A program made the position numbers and the translations under genes. A stretch of 64,000 nt of DNA from Rozella allomycis CSF55 (lineage: Eukaryota): assembly GCA_000442015.1 (NCBI GenBank), contig KE561038.1, forward strand, positions 1-64,000, in the 5' to 3' direction. Shown here in pieces: positions 51,546 to 63,822 of the stretch (position 1 is the first letter of the stretch; the number at the start of each line of letters is the position of its first letter). The notes under the pieces are model-generated. The model ran no database searches and was not told where the DNA came from. It saw only the letters and a list, made by a program, of their open reading frames with translations.

Positions 51546-52903
51546 ATGTCTGTAACAATTAGAATTCAAAACGAAACATTAAAATACCACTTTTTATCAT
51601 ACGTAACAAGTGGCACAGAAGCTTTTTCAAAGGATGGAAGCATAAATGAACAGAATCGATATTTTCGTGAGTTGGAGAATGTTGTTCCTCCAATGAGAGA
51701 TGTTTCTGTTTTACAAATACAAATAGAAGATTTTGAAAATGAATTCCAATATTTTATTACTATCCACGTGCATTTGGTAAAGAACGAAGAATACGAATTG
51801 AGTTTACCACCATCTAACTACCTTGAAAAGAGAAAATGGATTTTGATGATGCAAAATAGCGGATATTGGACTCGCTTAAGATTTTGTTTGAGTGGAAAAG
51901 ATAGAATATCATTTAATGTATCTGCAGAACCTTACGGGTCATTAAGACCCGAAACGTCATGGAAAGCGTTTTCGTCTAATCAGGTGTATAATGCTATTTG
52001 GAATTCATCATTTGGATCATTTTCGATCGCATATAAAAGTCTTAGACAGAAAATTCTGAATTTAGAAGACAAAATCGTGTTTCGGTATAACCAAATTGCA
52101 GACGAAGGGTCAACTTTGGAAGAAAAAAAGTTCCTTGTAGTCTATGAGGAAGTTTATGAAAATCAAAGAGGCAATTGCTTTTTCGGGACACCGCGGTTTT
52201 CTTCAAAGTCTTTACTTCCCACAGACTTTAAAACGTGGACTACTGCAGATGGAGGCTACCATTCTTCTCCAAAGCAAACTATTTTGCCAAGCCCAGAATG
52301 GAAGTGGAGTGGAGATTGGTTTGTTGATAATAAATTCGCAATGCAAGGCCTAGAGAAAGATGGATGGATGGTGATCTATTTTCAAATAATATATATTAGT
52401 ATGCTTTCAATTGGAATACAAAATTTACTACCAATTTTTTTACTACTTCATATGTGCGCCGACGAAGGTGGTTGAGAAAGAGAATTAGACCTACCCACCT
52501 TGAAGATGCCCGGTCACTTTACACAACTAGCAGCACTTCCCAAGAAGTAAAGTAACTTAAATTTCATTAACAGACATTTGGCATTCTTGATCAAATTCGA
52601 AACGCGAAAATCGATAGGGAGAGATTGGACATCATTCGCAATTTTATTCAAAGTTCCGAACAATTGAATAAAAACACGTTAAGGAAGAAGGTAAAAGACA
52701 TTAAAGTTAGGTGATACAGCTTTTGCAAATTTTGTCATATTTTGACTTTGACAGGGCTAAATTTCAGGCATGTCAGGTAATTATAAAGAAACTATCAACA
52801 TACGTAGCTATTATTTCCTTTGATAGATGATAAAGAAATAAAGGTGCAAGCAAAATCAAACCTTGTATACTATTTTCATAGAGAGCAATTGTATAATAAA
52901 TAA
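51546..52903 (+). CDS. Dysferlin-domain protein, Mug65/Spo73-like
   Basis: YENQRG.CFFGTPRFSSKSLL, LPSPEWKW...WFVD, DGWMYAF, VRRRRWLRKR, KIDRERLD. Confidence 0.7.
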
Positions 52904-52932
52904 CGAATTTTCGCTTTATATTATTGCGTTAT

Positions 52933-54639
52933 ATGACAGCTGTCTCTTCGCTTTTAAAGAAACTTAATGTAATAAAATTAGGTTCACTGTAAAAAGTTGC
53001 AAACGATCAGCGATGACGACTTCACAGTAACGAGATTACATACAACAGATAGAGTCTTTCTGTTACAACGGATTCTCCTTCCAGGTCCATTGATGACGAG
53101 TAATGTGTATTTTGCTTTGAGGAACAAAGGTTTTTAAAAGAATTAATAGCAAATATTCCAACTAATATCTCAGATGCAGAGTAATTGAAATAATTGAAAT
53201 TCATATGATACGAAAAAGCAAAGAGAAAAGATCGGCAGACAGTTATAGACGCGATTAAACTTAAGATATATGAAGGGCAGCAATCCATGAAGCAGAAACT
53301 GATGAAAGAGACCGCCAAAACAACCGAATTAAAACTGCAGGTACTGTGTGCATCAAATATTTCATAGCTGGAGCCTAAAAGCAGCAATTTATCAAGTGGC
53401 AATCGCGCCTTAGATGAGATGTCCCTTTCCTTAATGAAAGAAATAGAAAATTGGAAATCAAAGTTTCTAAAACTAAATTTCGAGCATGAAACTATGAAGA
53501 CAAAGTATGAACATCTTAAGAATTCAATACAACAGAGCAAGGTAATTATTACACCATTTTTTGAAAAATAGGATTTGATAATCTCTGAATGTGAAAAGAA
53601 AATAGATCTGATAAATAACGAAAATAAAAAGATTATAGAGCAATTGCAGAAAGATAAAGAGGTTGCTATGGTCAAAGTTGAAAGTGAAACCTCAAAACTG
53701 AATGAAATGGAGAAAATAAATAAAGGATATCAAGAAGAGTAAGTAAGCCAGCTTGATCTCAGTTAGAACCGCAATACTAGAAAAAAGAATAAATGAAATC
53801 AATGGGTTAATTCAATTAGAGAACAACAGAAAGGAAGGCTTATCATTACGTTTGATTGATTTAACAAATAAGGTTCAAGAACTGCAGGCTGATAATTCTT
53901 CACTTGCTTTACGTTATAAGGTAGTTTTCAAATGAAATATTTATTAGAATTTAGAAAGGTCTTCTTTGATTGAAAAAGAGGAACAACTAAATGAAAATCA
54001 GCTCCTTCGCAAAGAACTTGAAACTAGCCAAGACGAGCGTTCACGCTACCGAGAAATAGAAAGAAAAATTGACTTAAAAATTNAAAGAAAAATTGATTTA
54101 AAAATTCTTGCAGGAGGCAATCAAAGTGAGGAAAATAATGGTTTCGATTATCTGCCAACAACAATTAAACAGAGAATACGACATTCGTAAGCTTAAACAA
54201 CTTTTTAAATTAGAATGGAATTGGTTGAAAAAATAAGGGCTTCTGAATCAGAGATTATCAAACTTGATAATAAATTGAATAATGAAATAGAAAAGAACTT
54301 TGAAAATCAGAAAAAGGTATTTGCTTAGCTTTACTTTCCTCGTAGATTCACTTTCTTGAAAAAACAATCCAGTGGGCAAATTTAGGCAGTATAGACAGGA
54401 GTACAGAAGATCTTATTCGCTGCTTATCCGAAATCGAATTCCACAAAGAGTAAGTTAATTTAAGTCATTGAAATAGGGAATTGGAGACACAAAACCACGA
54501 GTTAATAGAAGACAATAACAAATTAATTTGTTTTATCGAAAATCTTCTAAATCAGAAGCAAGTAAAGCCTTTAAACCTTTTAAAGTTTTAGAGTCTCCAG
54601 GCCATCGAAAATGACATCCTTAACATTATCAATCGTTAA
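52933..54639 (+). CDS. Coiled-coil centriolar protein, PIBF1/CEP90-like
   Basis: Multi-exon coiled coil with LPTTIKQRIRHSMEL (cf. PIBF1 VPTTAKRRLKQSVHL) and a C-terminal LLNQKQ. Confidence 0.55.
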
Positions 54640-54644
54640 AATAT

Positions 54645-55177
54645 TTATTGTTTGTCCTTTGCACCTTCTTCGGTATCATCAATAAAATCCTTTAAATCGT
54701 CTTTAAAAGAATTGGCAACTTCATTAGGAGGAAGCTTGTTCTTTGCAATATCCTCTGTTCTTTTTGCAAGCACCTTAAATACTTCTCCAATGTCGGCATT
54801 GTCCTTTAATTTGTAAACTTTAGGGTTTTCTCCAGTTGTGTCAAATATATGCCCACTGTGTACGATGTTTCTTCTCTTTCTGCTAAACTGATACAGCGTC
54901 ATTCCTGTTTGAAATTCCATTTGTAATTCTTACCAATTAACGTGAAGAATGCCAAAATTGATCCATAAAAGAAAGTTAAACGAAGACGGATAGCTTCCAT
55001 ATCCTTTTTTAGTTCCACATTCTGTTCTTTTATGGATATCAATGTTCTCTTCAAGTCTTGAATTTCAGAGTGACTGAATGGGTCCTCTGAATAAAATCGA
55101 CGCATTATATATTGATTTCTGGACGATAAACGTAGCAAAGTGCTCAAAGAAGACAATCGTGAAAAACGAGATATCAT
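54645..55177 (-). CDS. Hypothetical mitochondrial single-pass membrane protein
   Basis: R/S/L-rich presequence, short coiled coil, TM LTFFYGSILAFFTLIGMTLY across one intron. Confidence 0.6.
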
Positions 55178-55634
55178 TAAACTTTAACGCCACAATTTGG
55201 ATCAAAGATTATCGATAATGCAACTTGATGTGAAAAANGCAACTTTATGTGAAAAAAATTAGCGCTCTATAATATAATTCTTACGAGCTTATAAATGAAT
55301 TCAAAAAAGACGACTTAAGTGTTGCTCGAGCTCATGGCTGTTATTGGTGGTAGATATGTTGTGGAACTTGTGGTTTATTGGTTTGCCAAATTGACACTTT
55401 TCCATATTCCAAAATTCCAAATCCAAGGCACCTAAATCTTATGTTCAAACAATCACGAAATTGTCAATTAGTGATTGTTATTATTGGATTATATGTATTA
55501 GACTCTGACTTTCAATATTTTTTATTTTTACAAGATTAATAATTGAATCCATTGTTCCATATTTTTTTGAAAATTTGGTCTAGATCCAGGCATTGAAAAT
55601 TGAAATCACAAGGATAAATTGACTTCGCCACCTG

Positions 55635-57095
55635 ATGAACTGGTCACGAATTCTTTCATTATGCTCTATATTGCTCAGCATAGTTGCCACTTATAATTTT
55701 ACCGTACATGAAAGAGCAGCTTTAAGAAGAGTAACAGGTAATGCTGTCTTGAGGTCGTTTGCTATGGCTTTACCACTAGCACCTATTGCTACTCTAACTT
55801 TTGCGTTACTCACTATTTATTATCCTATAAAGTCACTGAGATCGGCTATAGATGGGGATTTATTAGCTTCACGGCGGCATCTTATCATGGGAGGGCAAAA
55901 TTTTCTTCAAATGATGGTTAGCCCATTGTTACCTATAATGGTTCCGACTATAACAGGAATAAGGACTTACGTATCATCCAGAGAAGTTTTGTTGAGTGAA
56001 AAATATAAAATTACAGTCAATATAAGAAGAGATGATAAAGATCAAATTCTGCGAGTAGGATTACAAATATTTCAGAGAAACACTATTGAATCTTTAAAAA
56101 TGGCAAGATTTCATGTAAATTTTGAAGATGAATTCGGTTCCGATCATGGGGGACTTTCAAGGGAATATTTTTTTCTTTTCGCCAAGTATCTCTTTGAGGG
56201 AGAAAATTCGTTCATTAAATTCGATAAAACTTTGGGCTATTATCGCTTCAAAACTTCACTTCCCGAGCCGAAGGAAATATTTGCAATCTTAGGGAAGATA
56301 ATTGGATTCTACACTTTCAAATCGATGCCGATAGGGGTTCCATTCGTTCCATCATTCTACAAAATACTTTTAGATATCCCATTAAAAGCCACAGATTATG
56401 AGAATGATGATCCTCAAACTTATCTCAATTTAATTTCATTGAAGGGCATGAGGGATAGCGAACTGGATGGCATGGAATTATACTTTCCAAACAATAAAGA
56501 AAGAAAAGTCACCATAGAAAACGTTGATGATTATATAAAGTAATTTCTAAAATTCAATTTAAATAGTGAAAACGCAATCTATTTGATGCATGGGTTTGCG
56601 GAAACCGAATTCAGCATTATCAAGGATAATTTTAAACAATTCGTTAAAACAAACAAATGGAATCCAACCTCACTTAAAGTAAATACTATTTATCAAATTA
56701 AGATTTAAGAAACTTCTAACGGGCGAAATGGATTACGCAAACATTAAGCGAGTTTTACAAAATAGCGTGAGACTCGATAAATATGATAAGAGTGATTCAA
56801 CCATAAAACATCTATTCCGGTATTTAGATGAAGCATCAGATGAAATACTACGGCATTTTTGGATTTTCATAAGTGGGACAGAGTACATTCCAGAGAATCC
56901 TGATTGGAAAGTAATAAAATGTTGTAGTAACGAACTTCACTTGCTACCACAAGCACATACATGGTAATTAAAAGGTCTTTGATTTTAAACTATAGTTTCA
57001 ATATATTGGAATTGCCACCTTACCCAACGTACAAAGTGCTTAAACAAAAAATAGACATCGCTATTGAGTTTGCTCACCATTATGGATTTATTTAA
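55635..57095 (+). CDS. HECT-type E3 ubiquitin ligase with N-terminal signal/TM segments
   Basis: VNFEDEFGSDHGGLSREYF, F.ILGKIIG, SFYK.LL, FISG, and LPQAHTCFNILELPPY (Cys codon TG|T split by intron 56964-56995). Confidence 0.85.
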
Positions 57096-57207
57096 TAAAC
57101 ACACTTTAGATAAATTGTCTACAACAAAGCTCTACAACAAAACACTACAACAAAACACATAATTCCGTCTGTTAAAGACGTGTTGCGCTCTGAAACTTTA
57201 CCCATAA

Positions 57208-57213
57208 GCGAAC

Positions 57214-57255
<42 letters not shown>

Positions 57256-57280
57256 TCGTGTTCGATCCACGATGTTCGCA
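57208..57280 (+). tRNA. tRNA-Phe(GAA)
   Basis: GCGAACA/TGTTCGC acceptor stem, D arm GCTC..GAGC, TCAGA-CTGAAGA-TCTGA anticodon arm, TTCGATC T loop. Confidence 0.97.
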
Positions 57281-57285
57281 CTCTT

Positions 57286-57367
57286 GGTTGGGTGGCCGAG
57301 CGGTCCAAGGCGTGAGTTTAAGGCACTCATCTCTTCGGAGGCAAGGGTTCGAATCCCTTCCCAATCA
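57286..57367 (+). tRNA. tRNA-Leu(AAG)
   Basis: GGTTGGG/CCCAATC acceptor stem, TGAGT-TTAAGGC-ACTCA anticodon arm, long variable arm CTC-TTCG-GAG, GGTTCGAATCC. Confidence 0.97.
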
Positions 57368-57371
57368 ATCA

Positions 57372-57379
57372 TTTTTTTT
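57372..57379 (+). terminator. RNA polymerase III oligo-T terminator
   Basis: T8 run 4 nt after tRNA-Leu. Confidence 0.75.
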
Positions 57380-57512
57380 CGTTTGTCCCTTTTGAAATAA
57401 TTGTCTGATCGATTCTGATCTTTAAATTTTCATTTTCCAGGCTCTAAATCTTGTTAATTTTGACTCGATTCTAAACATTGATTTTTCTTTCAAAATTCGT
57501 AATTCAATCTTC

Positions 57513-58585
57513 ATGGAAAATGTGAACGAATCATTATTTGGTCTTGATGGACTTTTTTGGTCATATGTGCCTTGTTTTATAAGCGATGTATTAGGGTTAA
57601 AAAGCTCTGTTTACACTGGTAAGTATCGTGCTACTCAAATAGCAGATATATTTTTTATCCAAAATCATCCTATTCGATTCGTACATGTCTTAGGTATATT
57701 AATAGCCGTAGATAGAAAATCTAAATTTACTGTTCTCCACAGTATTAAGCTTCACTTTGCTGAAATAGTTGATGATGGAACTGGTGTCATAGCCTGTGTA
57801 CTATGGAATGAACAGGAATCAAAAAGCGCCAGAGAATTTCATCTTGGTTATTGCTATTCACTACAAGGCAAAGTGAATTTCTTTAATGAGCTAAAACAAT
57901 TAAATGTTCAAAGAATAAGTATGATCACTAGCCAAACATTCCTCTAGAAAAAATTGATGATCCGTATTTTGAGATGTATTGGAATTTGCATGTATTAGAT
58001 ATTAAAAAAGGAATTGTCGAAACTCCTTCTAAGCTGCCTTCTATTGAAGATGCTAAGAAATTGCTACATGAAAATGAGGAAACCGTTGTACTTTTATTTA
58101 TAGCCTGTCACATGTAGGAAACTGTCACATCGTTAGATGCTCTGATCAAAGATTTGAACACAAGATATAAACGCGAATATTCGTACTCGGAACTGAAAGA
58201 ACTTTTTCACATGGTATTTAAAAGTTCCATTTAAAAATAGCATGGAATTAGAGAAAATATCGAAATTGGACAAACAATGACTTTATTGCAGTCTGATTGC
58301 TTCGTGCGTCTTCTTCCCTCAGGAAAATATAGAATCTACACAGACGAGGAGTTAATCGAAACAATAAAAGATATAATCATGAATTCAGACACTATTGATA
58401 TTGTTTCGGGTACCTTATTATGTGGTTCTGAATAAGGTGTTAAGATTACTGAAATTATTCAAAAAGTTAAAGACATAAATTTTCTGGCGGGAGTTTCCTT
58501 TGGCAGGATTCTAAAAGTGATAACAAAAATGATTGATTCATCGATTATTTATGAGATAAACAACAAAGAATACAAATGCCTTTAG
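57513..58585 (+). CDS. STN1: CST complex subunit Stn1 (OB fold plus winged helix)
   Basis: FFIQNHPIRFVHVLG...IDDGTGVIAC...DPYFEMYW. Confidence 0.8.
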
Positions 58586-58791
58586 AAGAATAAGGCAGTG
58601 ATCATTGCTGATTCCGCACGTGTATCACGTTTGATCATTTATGGAATAGTCAAATGTGGATCAAATGCCTTTTAAAATAAATTAAGCGTTTTCTTTATAT
58701 ATCGAGCATCATAAATTTACCTTAAAGTTAAATTTAAAGAAATTGGGATCATGCCGCGGAGAATTCCAAATTGGACAAGCCTCTTTTTTTC

Positions 58792-59544
58792 ATGTCCACA
58801 TTAAGTTGGTTTTCTCAACTACCCCATACAGCCCCATTGAATAATCTTTTAATTGGTAACAATTATTAATTGTGTTCATTGATAGAATGGCTCAACCAGA
58901 GAGTGCTTAACCTTATACCAGTTAAAAAATCTTGCCCCTCAATTCTCCCATCTGTAAAAAGCTTTGTAAATATGATTTCAAATCATTCCCGTTGTATTCC
59001 TGTTATTCTTCTTATAACTATAATATACATTGATCGACTAAGAGCAAGGCTTCCGTCGCATGCTACCGGAAACACTGAAACTCCACATCGTATTGTGCTT
59101 GCATCTATGATAATTGCAACCAAGCAAATGAATGATAGCCCTCCCAAAAATAAGCACTGGATTTCATTTTCTGGCAGGTATTTCTCTGTTTTTGAAGTGA
59201 ATATGATGGAACGACAGTTATTAGCTTTGCTTGATTATCAAACCAACATTGATGCGAGAGAAATATGCTATTATATCGAGGGTGCTCGTCTAGAGGAGCA
59301 AATAATGGCTCAGGCCTACCTGGTGCCTGTCAGCTTGGGGCTTGGCCGAATAGTAAACAATGACTTTTGTAACTCAACAAATGCATTCAATGAAAACAAA
59401 CAATTTTTTGAAAGTCATGCACCTGAATTTTGCTCAATACTCCCATCTTCGAATTATCAAACAAAATACCTGGATGATTCTATCATGAGCCTTTATGTAA
59501 GGCCAGTTTTGAAGCTGTACGAAAACCCTAGTGTCTCTGTATAA
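58792..59544 (+). CDS. Pho85-type cyclin, Pcl1/2 family
   Basis: LPSVKSF, IYIDRLR.RLP..A.G...TPHRI.LAS.I.A.K..ND..PKNKHW, EVNMMERQLL.LLDY. Confidence 0.88.
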
Positions 59545-59601
59545 TATAGTCACATTTTCTTTTATCATAAATATCTTTGTTTATTGTTTTGAACTATTTT
59601 G

Positions 59602-60237
59602 ATGCAAAAACTGTTAGTGTTATTTCAATTTCTTCTTTTCCGTATCTCAAGTGGTTCAATTTTTGTATTTCCATCGACAATTTCCTCTACAAGTCTGTTG
59701 AATTTAGTTATTCTAAATCGTGATATTTGCCCATTGTCTAGCCAAAACATAACAAATTTTATTGTTAATGTAGACCCAAGTGTAAATTATTTGGAACTAA
59801 AGGCCACAAATAATTCTGGATCATTGACTTCATATTCACCAATTCGGTTCAAGCCAATTTTGGCGGGACAGATTTTATCAGAGAGCATTGTTGCGATTGT
59901 CGGGGATAAATTTAATGATACAAATTTAATATTCAATATGTCATGTGGCAATCAAACCATTCAGAAAGATCTAATGCTAAAGAAGGACGTTGGTGTTATA
60001 GCGCAAACCCAGGGCACTGAAACTGTTCAACCAAGTTATAGTGTTAATGAAAAGACTCTCGCTGTTTCAGTTACTTCCCTAATAGTTTCAATCACGTCAT
60101 TGATAATGAGTATTGTTTGTCTAGTGTTTGTCTCAAGGAACCAGCATCCATTAATCCTGAAACCAGTCATTCGTTCGTATGATCACAGATGGTCAGCAAC
60201 ACCCTCAGCAAGATCAAGTGGTTTCCAAAACTTATAA
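59602..60237 (+). CDS. Hypothetical type I membrane glycoprotein, intronless
   Basis: Signal peptide, several N-x-S/T sites, TM LAVSVTSLIVSITSLIMSIVCLVFV. Confidence 0.65.
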   Translation: MQKLLVLFQFLLFRISSGSIFVFPSTISSTSLLNLVILNRDICPLSSQNITNFIVNVDPSVNYLELKATNNSGSLTSYSPIRFKPILAGQILSESIVAIVGDKFNDTNLIFNMSCGNQTIQKDLMLKKDVGVIAQTQGTETVQPSYSVNEKTLAVSVTSLIVSITSLIMSIVCLVFVSRNQHPLILKPVIRSYDHRWSATPSARSSGFQNL

Positions 60238-60276
60238 TATTATTAATAATCAATTAAAAATAAATTTAATTATGAA

Positions 60277-62798
60277 TTAATGATCATGAGTGATGGAATT
60301 CTTTTCTTCTCTCTGTTCTACGTCCTTCTTTGACCATAAAGCGATTCCAAGTTGGTCCATTGGATCAAAAGGTTGTCCCATTTGACGAAAAAATCTCTTT
60401 GAAACATGAATAGCCATGTCTGTAGAAAGGTTGGTGTTTGCTTCTTGAATGCCTTGACAGATCCATTGAGGCAATTTGCTTCGTTTATCTTGTCTGCCAT
60501 AACGCTATATAAAATTAGTCGTTGATTTACTTTATCAGCCAACACCATCAAACCGTAATCGTTTTTACCACGAAGTACTCGTCCAAGACATTGGGCAGCA
60601 TGACGGATAGCATCAAACGTTAAAAACTCATTTTCTCTAATTCTGAATTGTTCTCTCAGATATTCAAGTCTGGCTTTCAAAATTCTACTCTCTGTGTATT
60701 GGTATGGAATTCCGAACATAATTACACAGCGGCCATAGTGATGGTCAAAATCAATTCCCTCTGAAACTTTTCCACGCGCCACGCAAATCAAGACCGAACC
60801 TCTTCCATTTTCGCAGGCCTTTCTGTAGTGATCCAAAGCAATGCTGGTTTCTAGCGCATCTGGAGTTTCAACAAAGATTAATTTGTATTTCATAACTTCA
60901 TTTAATAATCCCTTTTAACGTTGGAGGATAAATTATTACCATTTTATCCCACTGTGAGACAATTGCCTCCATGTATAGATAACTAGGAAAGAAACAAACG
61001 AGTCCATCAGGAGTTATTTTGACCATTTCTAACAAAATATTACCAAAATTTCTAACAACAGCAGGGTCATTACGGACTTCAAACTTGCTACTAACAGCAA
61101 CTTGGTCACTTCCCCTGGTAATAATCAATGGAGAGAAAGAGTTTCTGCTTAAAGACATTTGAAAGCTCTTCAAAGTTACAGGTTCAAATTTAAGCATTTT
61201 GGGATACATTTCTAATGGAGAAAGTGTTCCAGATGTTATGATTACACTTTGAAATCTATCAAATATAGGTTTCATCGCTATTGATGCATCCATACAGCTT
61301 AAATGCAATACTGGATTTGGAACATCTGACTTATCATCTTCAAAAGGCTCCATGATAATGACAAATCCTGCTATCGAAATCGATTTTATTTGTACCTTGA
61401 TTGTATGTACCAACCAGGGTAGCAAAGTAAGCCACCCTCTGCAAAGAAGAAAATTCTTCAATGTTGGTTAATTCTAAAGTTCTAACCAAGGAAGATAATC
61501 TTTCGGCACAAAATCGAAGAGGCTTTTGGTCAATCATGGTTGATTGCTTTAAATCAAACCTGAAAGATAATGGGCTTTCAGAAACAACATGCATTATTTT
61601 CAGTTTGGACTTTAAATATTCAACAAATCTTCTTAAAAGAGAAACAAAATGTTCTGCTTTTCGAATACTTCCAGGGATGGACTCTTTCAGAATGTCATCA
61701 GGAAGAACAGGATTGGAAAGAAATTGGTCAGTTTCTCTATCAGCTTTGGTTTTACGAAGACCCTCCACTAATTTTTTGTATTCGTTCTTCAATTTGTCCG
61801 CATCTCTTTCCTTTATTCTATTATGGATATGGTGATGAATTACTCTTCGATTCGTTGTGCCAATTTTGAAATACTCTTGGCGCTCGCTTCTACATTTTGT
61901 TTTGTCAAATCAACGCTCATGCTTTCTATGCAAACGTTATCGATATTGTGGGCTTCATCAAAAACAACAATGCAGTCTTTGCTCATTTCTTTGGAAACCA
62001 AGTCTGCAATCTTTGGATCTAACAAGTAATGATAACTATAAACGATCACATTCGCATTTTGAAGCTATAAATTATAAACGTAAAGTTAAATTACAGTGTA
62101 GCGAGAAAGAAAGTAAGGGCAGTAGCCTTTTGATTTTCCATAATCTTTTAATTCATCCAATGTGTAAACACCACTAGGAAGGCTAACTTTTCTATCTAAA
62201 TCTTCAATGTTTTCGTAAAATTCACACGTTTTTATTTGGCTATCGTTTTTAGCACTATCTCGGATCCACGACGCTGTTAATTCCAAACATCTTGCATCTA
62301 CAACCTTTCCAAACCTTTCTTGACTAACCTTTATTTATTTAAACCTTAGTCTTTTACTTTCTCGTGAATGCAAAGATTTTTTCTTGATGACAATCCCAGT
62401 CCAAGAAATCCCAACTTCTTCCCAACTTCTTTTTCAATGTATTTAATCAAATTTCGCAACTCTATAAGCGTCTTTTCTATTTCTGGAACTGTACGACTAC
62501 AATATATCAGTTTTCTATTGCCTTGGTTATGCTTATAGTTAAAACAGATTTCAAATCATACCATCTGATATGAAATAATAAAAGACAATAAAGTAACTGT
62601 TTTCCCTGTTCCTGAAGGCATTTCTAAAGCACAGTGACCCTGTTATTCATAATATTTTATGTTACTTTAGCGTCCAGCGCTTTTTTTAGTTCAACCATGT
62701 ATTCATATTGTTCTGGGTAAATATAATCATAAGGAAAGAACACATCTAAACCACCTATGTTTAGTCTGTTTAAAATGGATCAATTCTCTATACTTCAT
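60277..62798 (-). CDS. RAD3: TFIIH helicase XPD/Rad3
   Basis: [71 protein letters not shown]. Confidence 0.97.
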
Positions 62799-62934
62799 TT
62801 AGGATTTTTCTTAAAAAATTAGTTCCGCAAATTCATCAATAATAGAGAGGATAATCAAAAATAGGCAATATATTTATTAGTATAGTTGTACCAAAACTCT
62901 ATATTTATTTTATAATGCAAAACTCAAAACATAA

Positions 62935-63759
62935 TTATTGATGGATGCCGCGCTTCAATAACCGATTTTGAATAATCGGAGTAAATTTCAACAATTTTGG
63001 CAGCACATTCTTGTCTAATTTGTCGTAAACAAATGTGCCGCTTAAACAGAAACATTGTTCACAGTCATCGTCTCGGTCAGATCTATTCAACGACTGGAGT
63101 TGTTTTGATAATGCCTGGCCTTGGCCATCGGCGATTTCAGTTAACTTTTTATAAACGTCAATACCAAATAAATTGTCTTCCTTTCCATATATTTTCCAAA
63201 CTATCCGGGAAAATTCCAGAGCCATCTTGATAGCTAGGCGAACAGATGTGTCCTTTACGTTGAAGATATGGTTCAGTCGGTCGATGGCGCTGACCATAAT
63301 CTCATTGCTGCTGCAATAACAGAGATGGTCTTTCAGTTTTTTGGAATCACGGGTTGCTTTTTGATTTTGATTTTTTGGCAGTAGCCTTTTCTCCTTTTTA
63401 AACAATTCAGTTGCAGCCTTAATATTTTCACGTTTTCTTTTTCGATTTGATAATTCTGGGATTAAAGCCTGCTCAACCTGATAATTATAAACGCCATTAT
63501 CAGTGACGGTTTTCGACCTGAAAGTCATTTGGTCATCAGAAATTTCATCGATTTGGATCATAGGCTTGCTATTAACTACTAGAGGCCTCTCAAATGGACA
63601 TAGTGGATTTAATGCCAAACCTGCACTACCATTGATTGTAGGTGTTTGTAACTGGTCTAGATAGGCCCTTTGCGTATTAGTGTAATTATTTAGCGCGAAA
63701 AAAAATAATATCGATGCGAAAAATGCATGAACTGGAAGAGTTTTCCCTACTGAAACCAT
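62935..63759 (-). CDS. Hypothetical protein with N-terminal signal/anchor and RKRKR motif, intronless
   Basis: Uninterrupted ORF; hydrophobic AFFASILFFFAL; NRKRKR; paired Cys motifs. Confidence 0.6.
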   Translation of the reverse strand: MVSVGKTLPVHAFFASILFFFALNNYTNTQRAYLDQLQTPTINGSAGLALNPLCPFERPLVVNSKPMIQIDEISDDQMTFRSKTVTDNGVYNYQVEQALIPELSNRKRKRENIKAATELFKKEKRLLPKNQNQKATRDSKKLKDHLCYCSSNEIMVSAIDRLNHIFNVKDTSVRLAIKMALEFSRIVWKIYGKEDNLFGIDVYKKLTEIADGQGQALSKQLQSLNRSDRDDDCEQCFCLSGTFVYDKLDKNVLPKLLKFTPIIQNRLLKRGIHQ

Positions 63760-63822
63760 TTTCACAAGTGGTGGCTGAATTCACGAGGGTGGCAAAGCAA
63801 AAGTATTTTAAGAAGTTTATTT

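Noticed and set aside
53022-53675. 217-aa minus-strand ORF, and similar F/S-rich ORFs at 39233-39712 and 10838-11450
   Set aside because: Antisense to K/E-rich coding exons of real genes.
56941-56967. HECT catalytic Cys apparently replaced by Trp (PQAHTW*) in the ORF track
   Set aside because: Intron 56964-56995 splits the codon; splicing restores TGT (Cys).
57119-57372. Two minus-strand ORFs (81 and 66 aa)
   Set aside because: Antisense shadows of the two tRNA genes.
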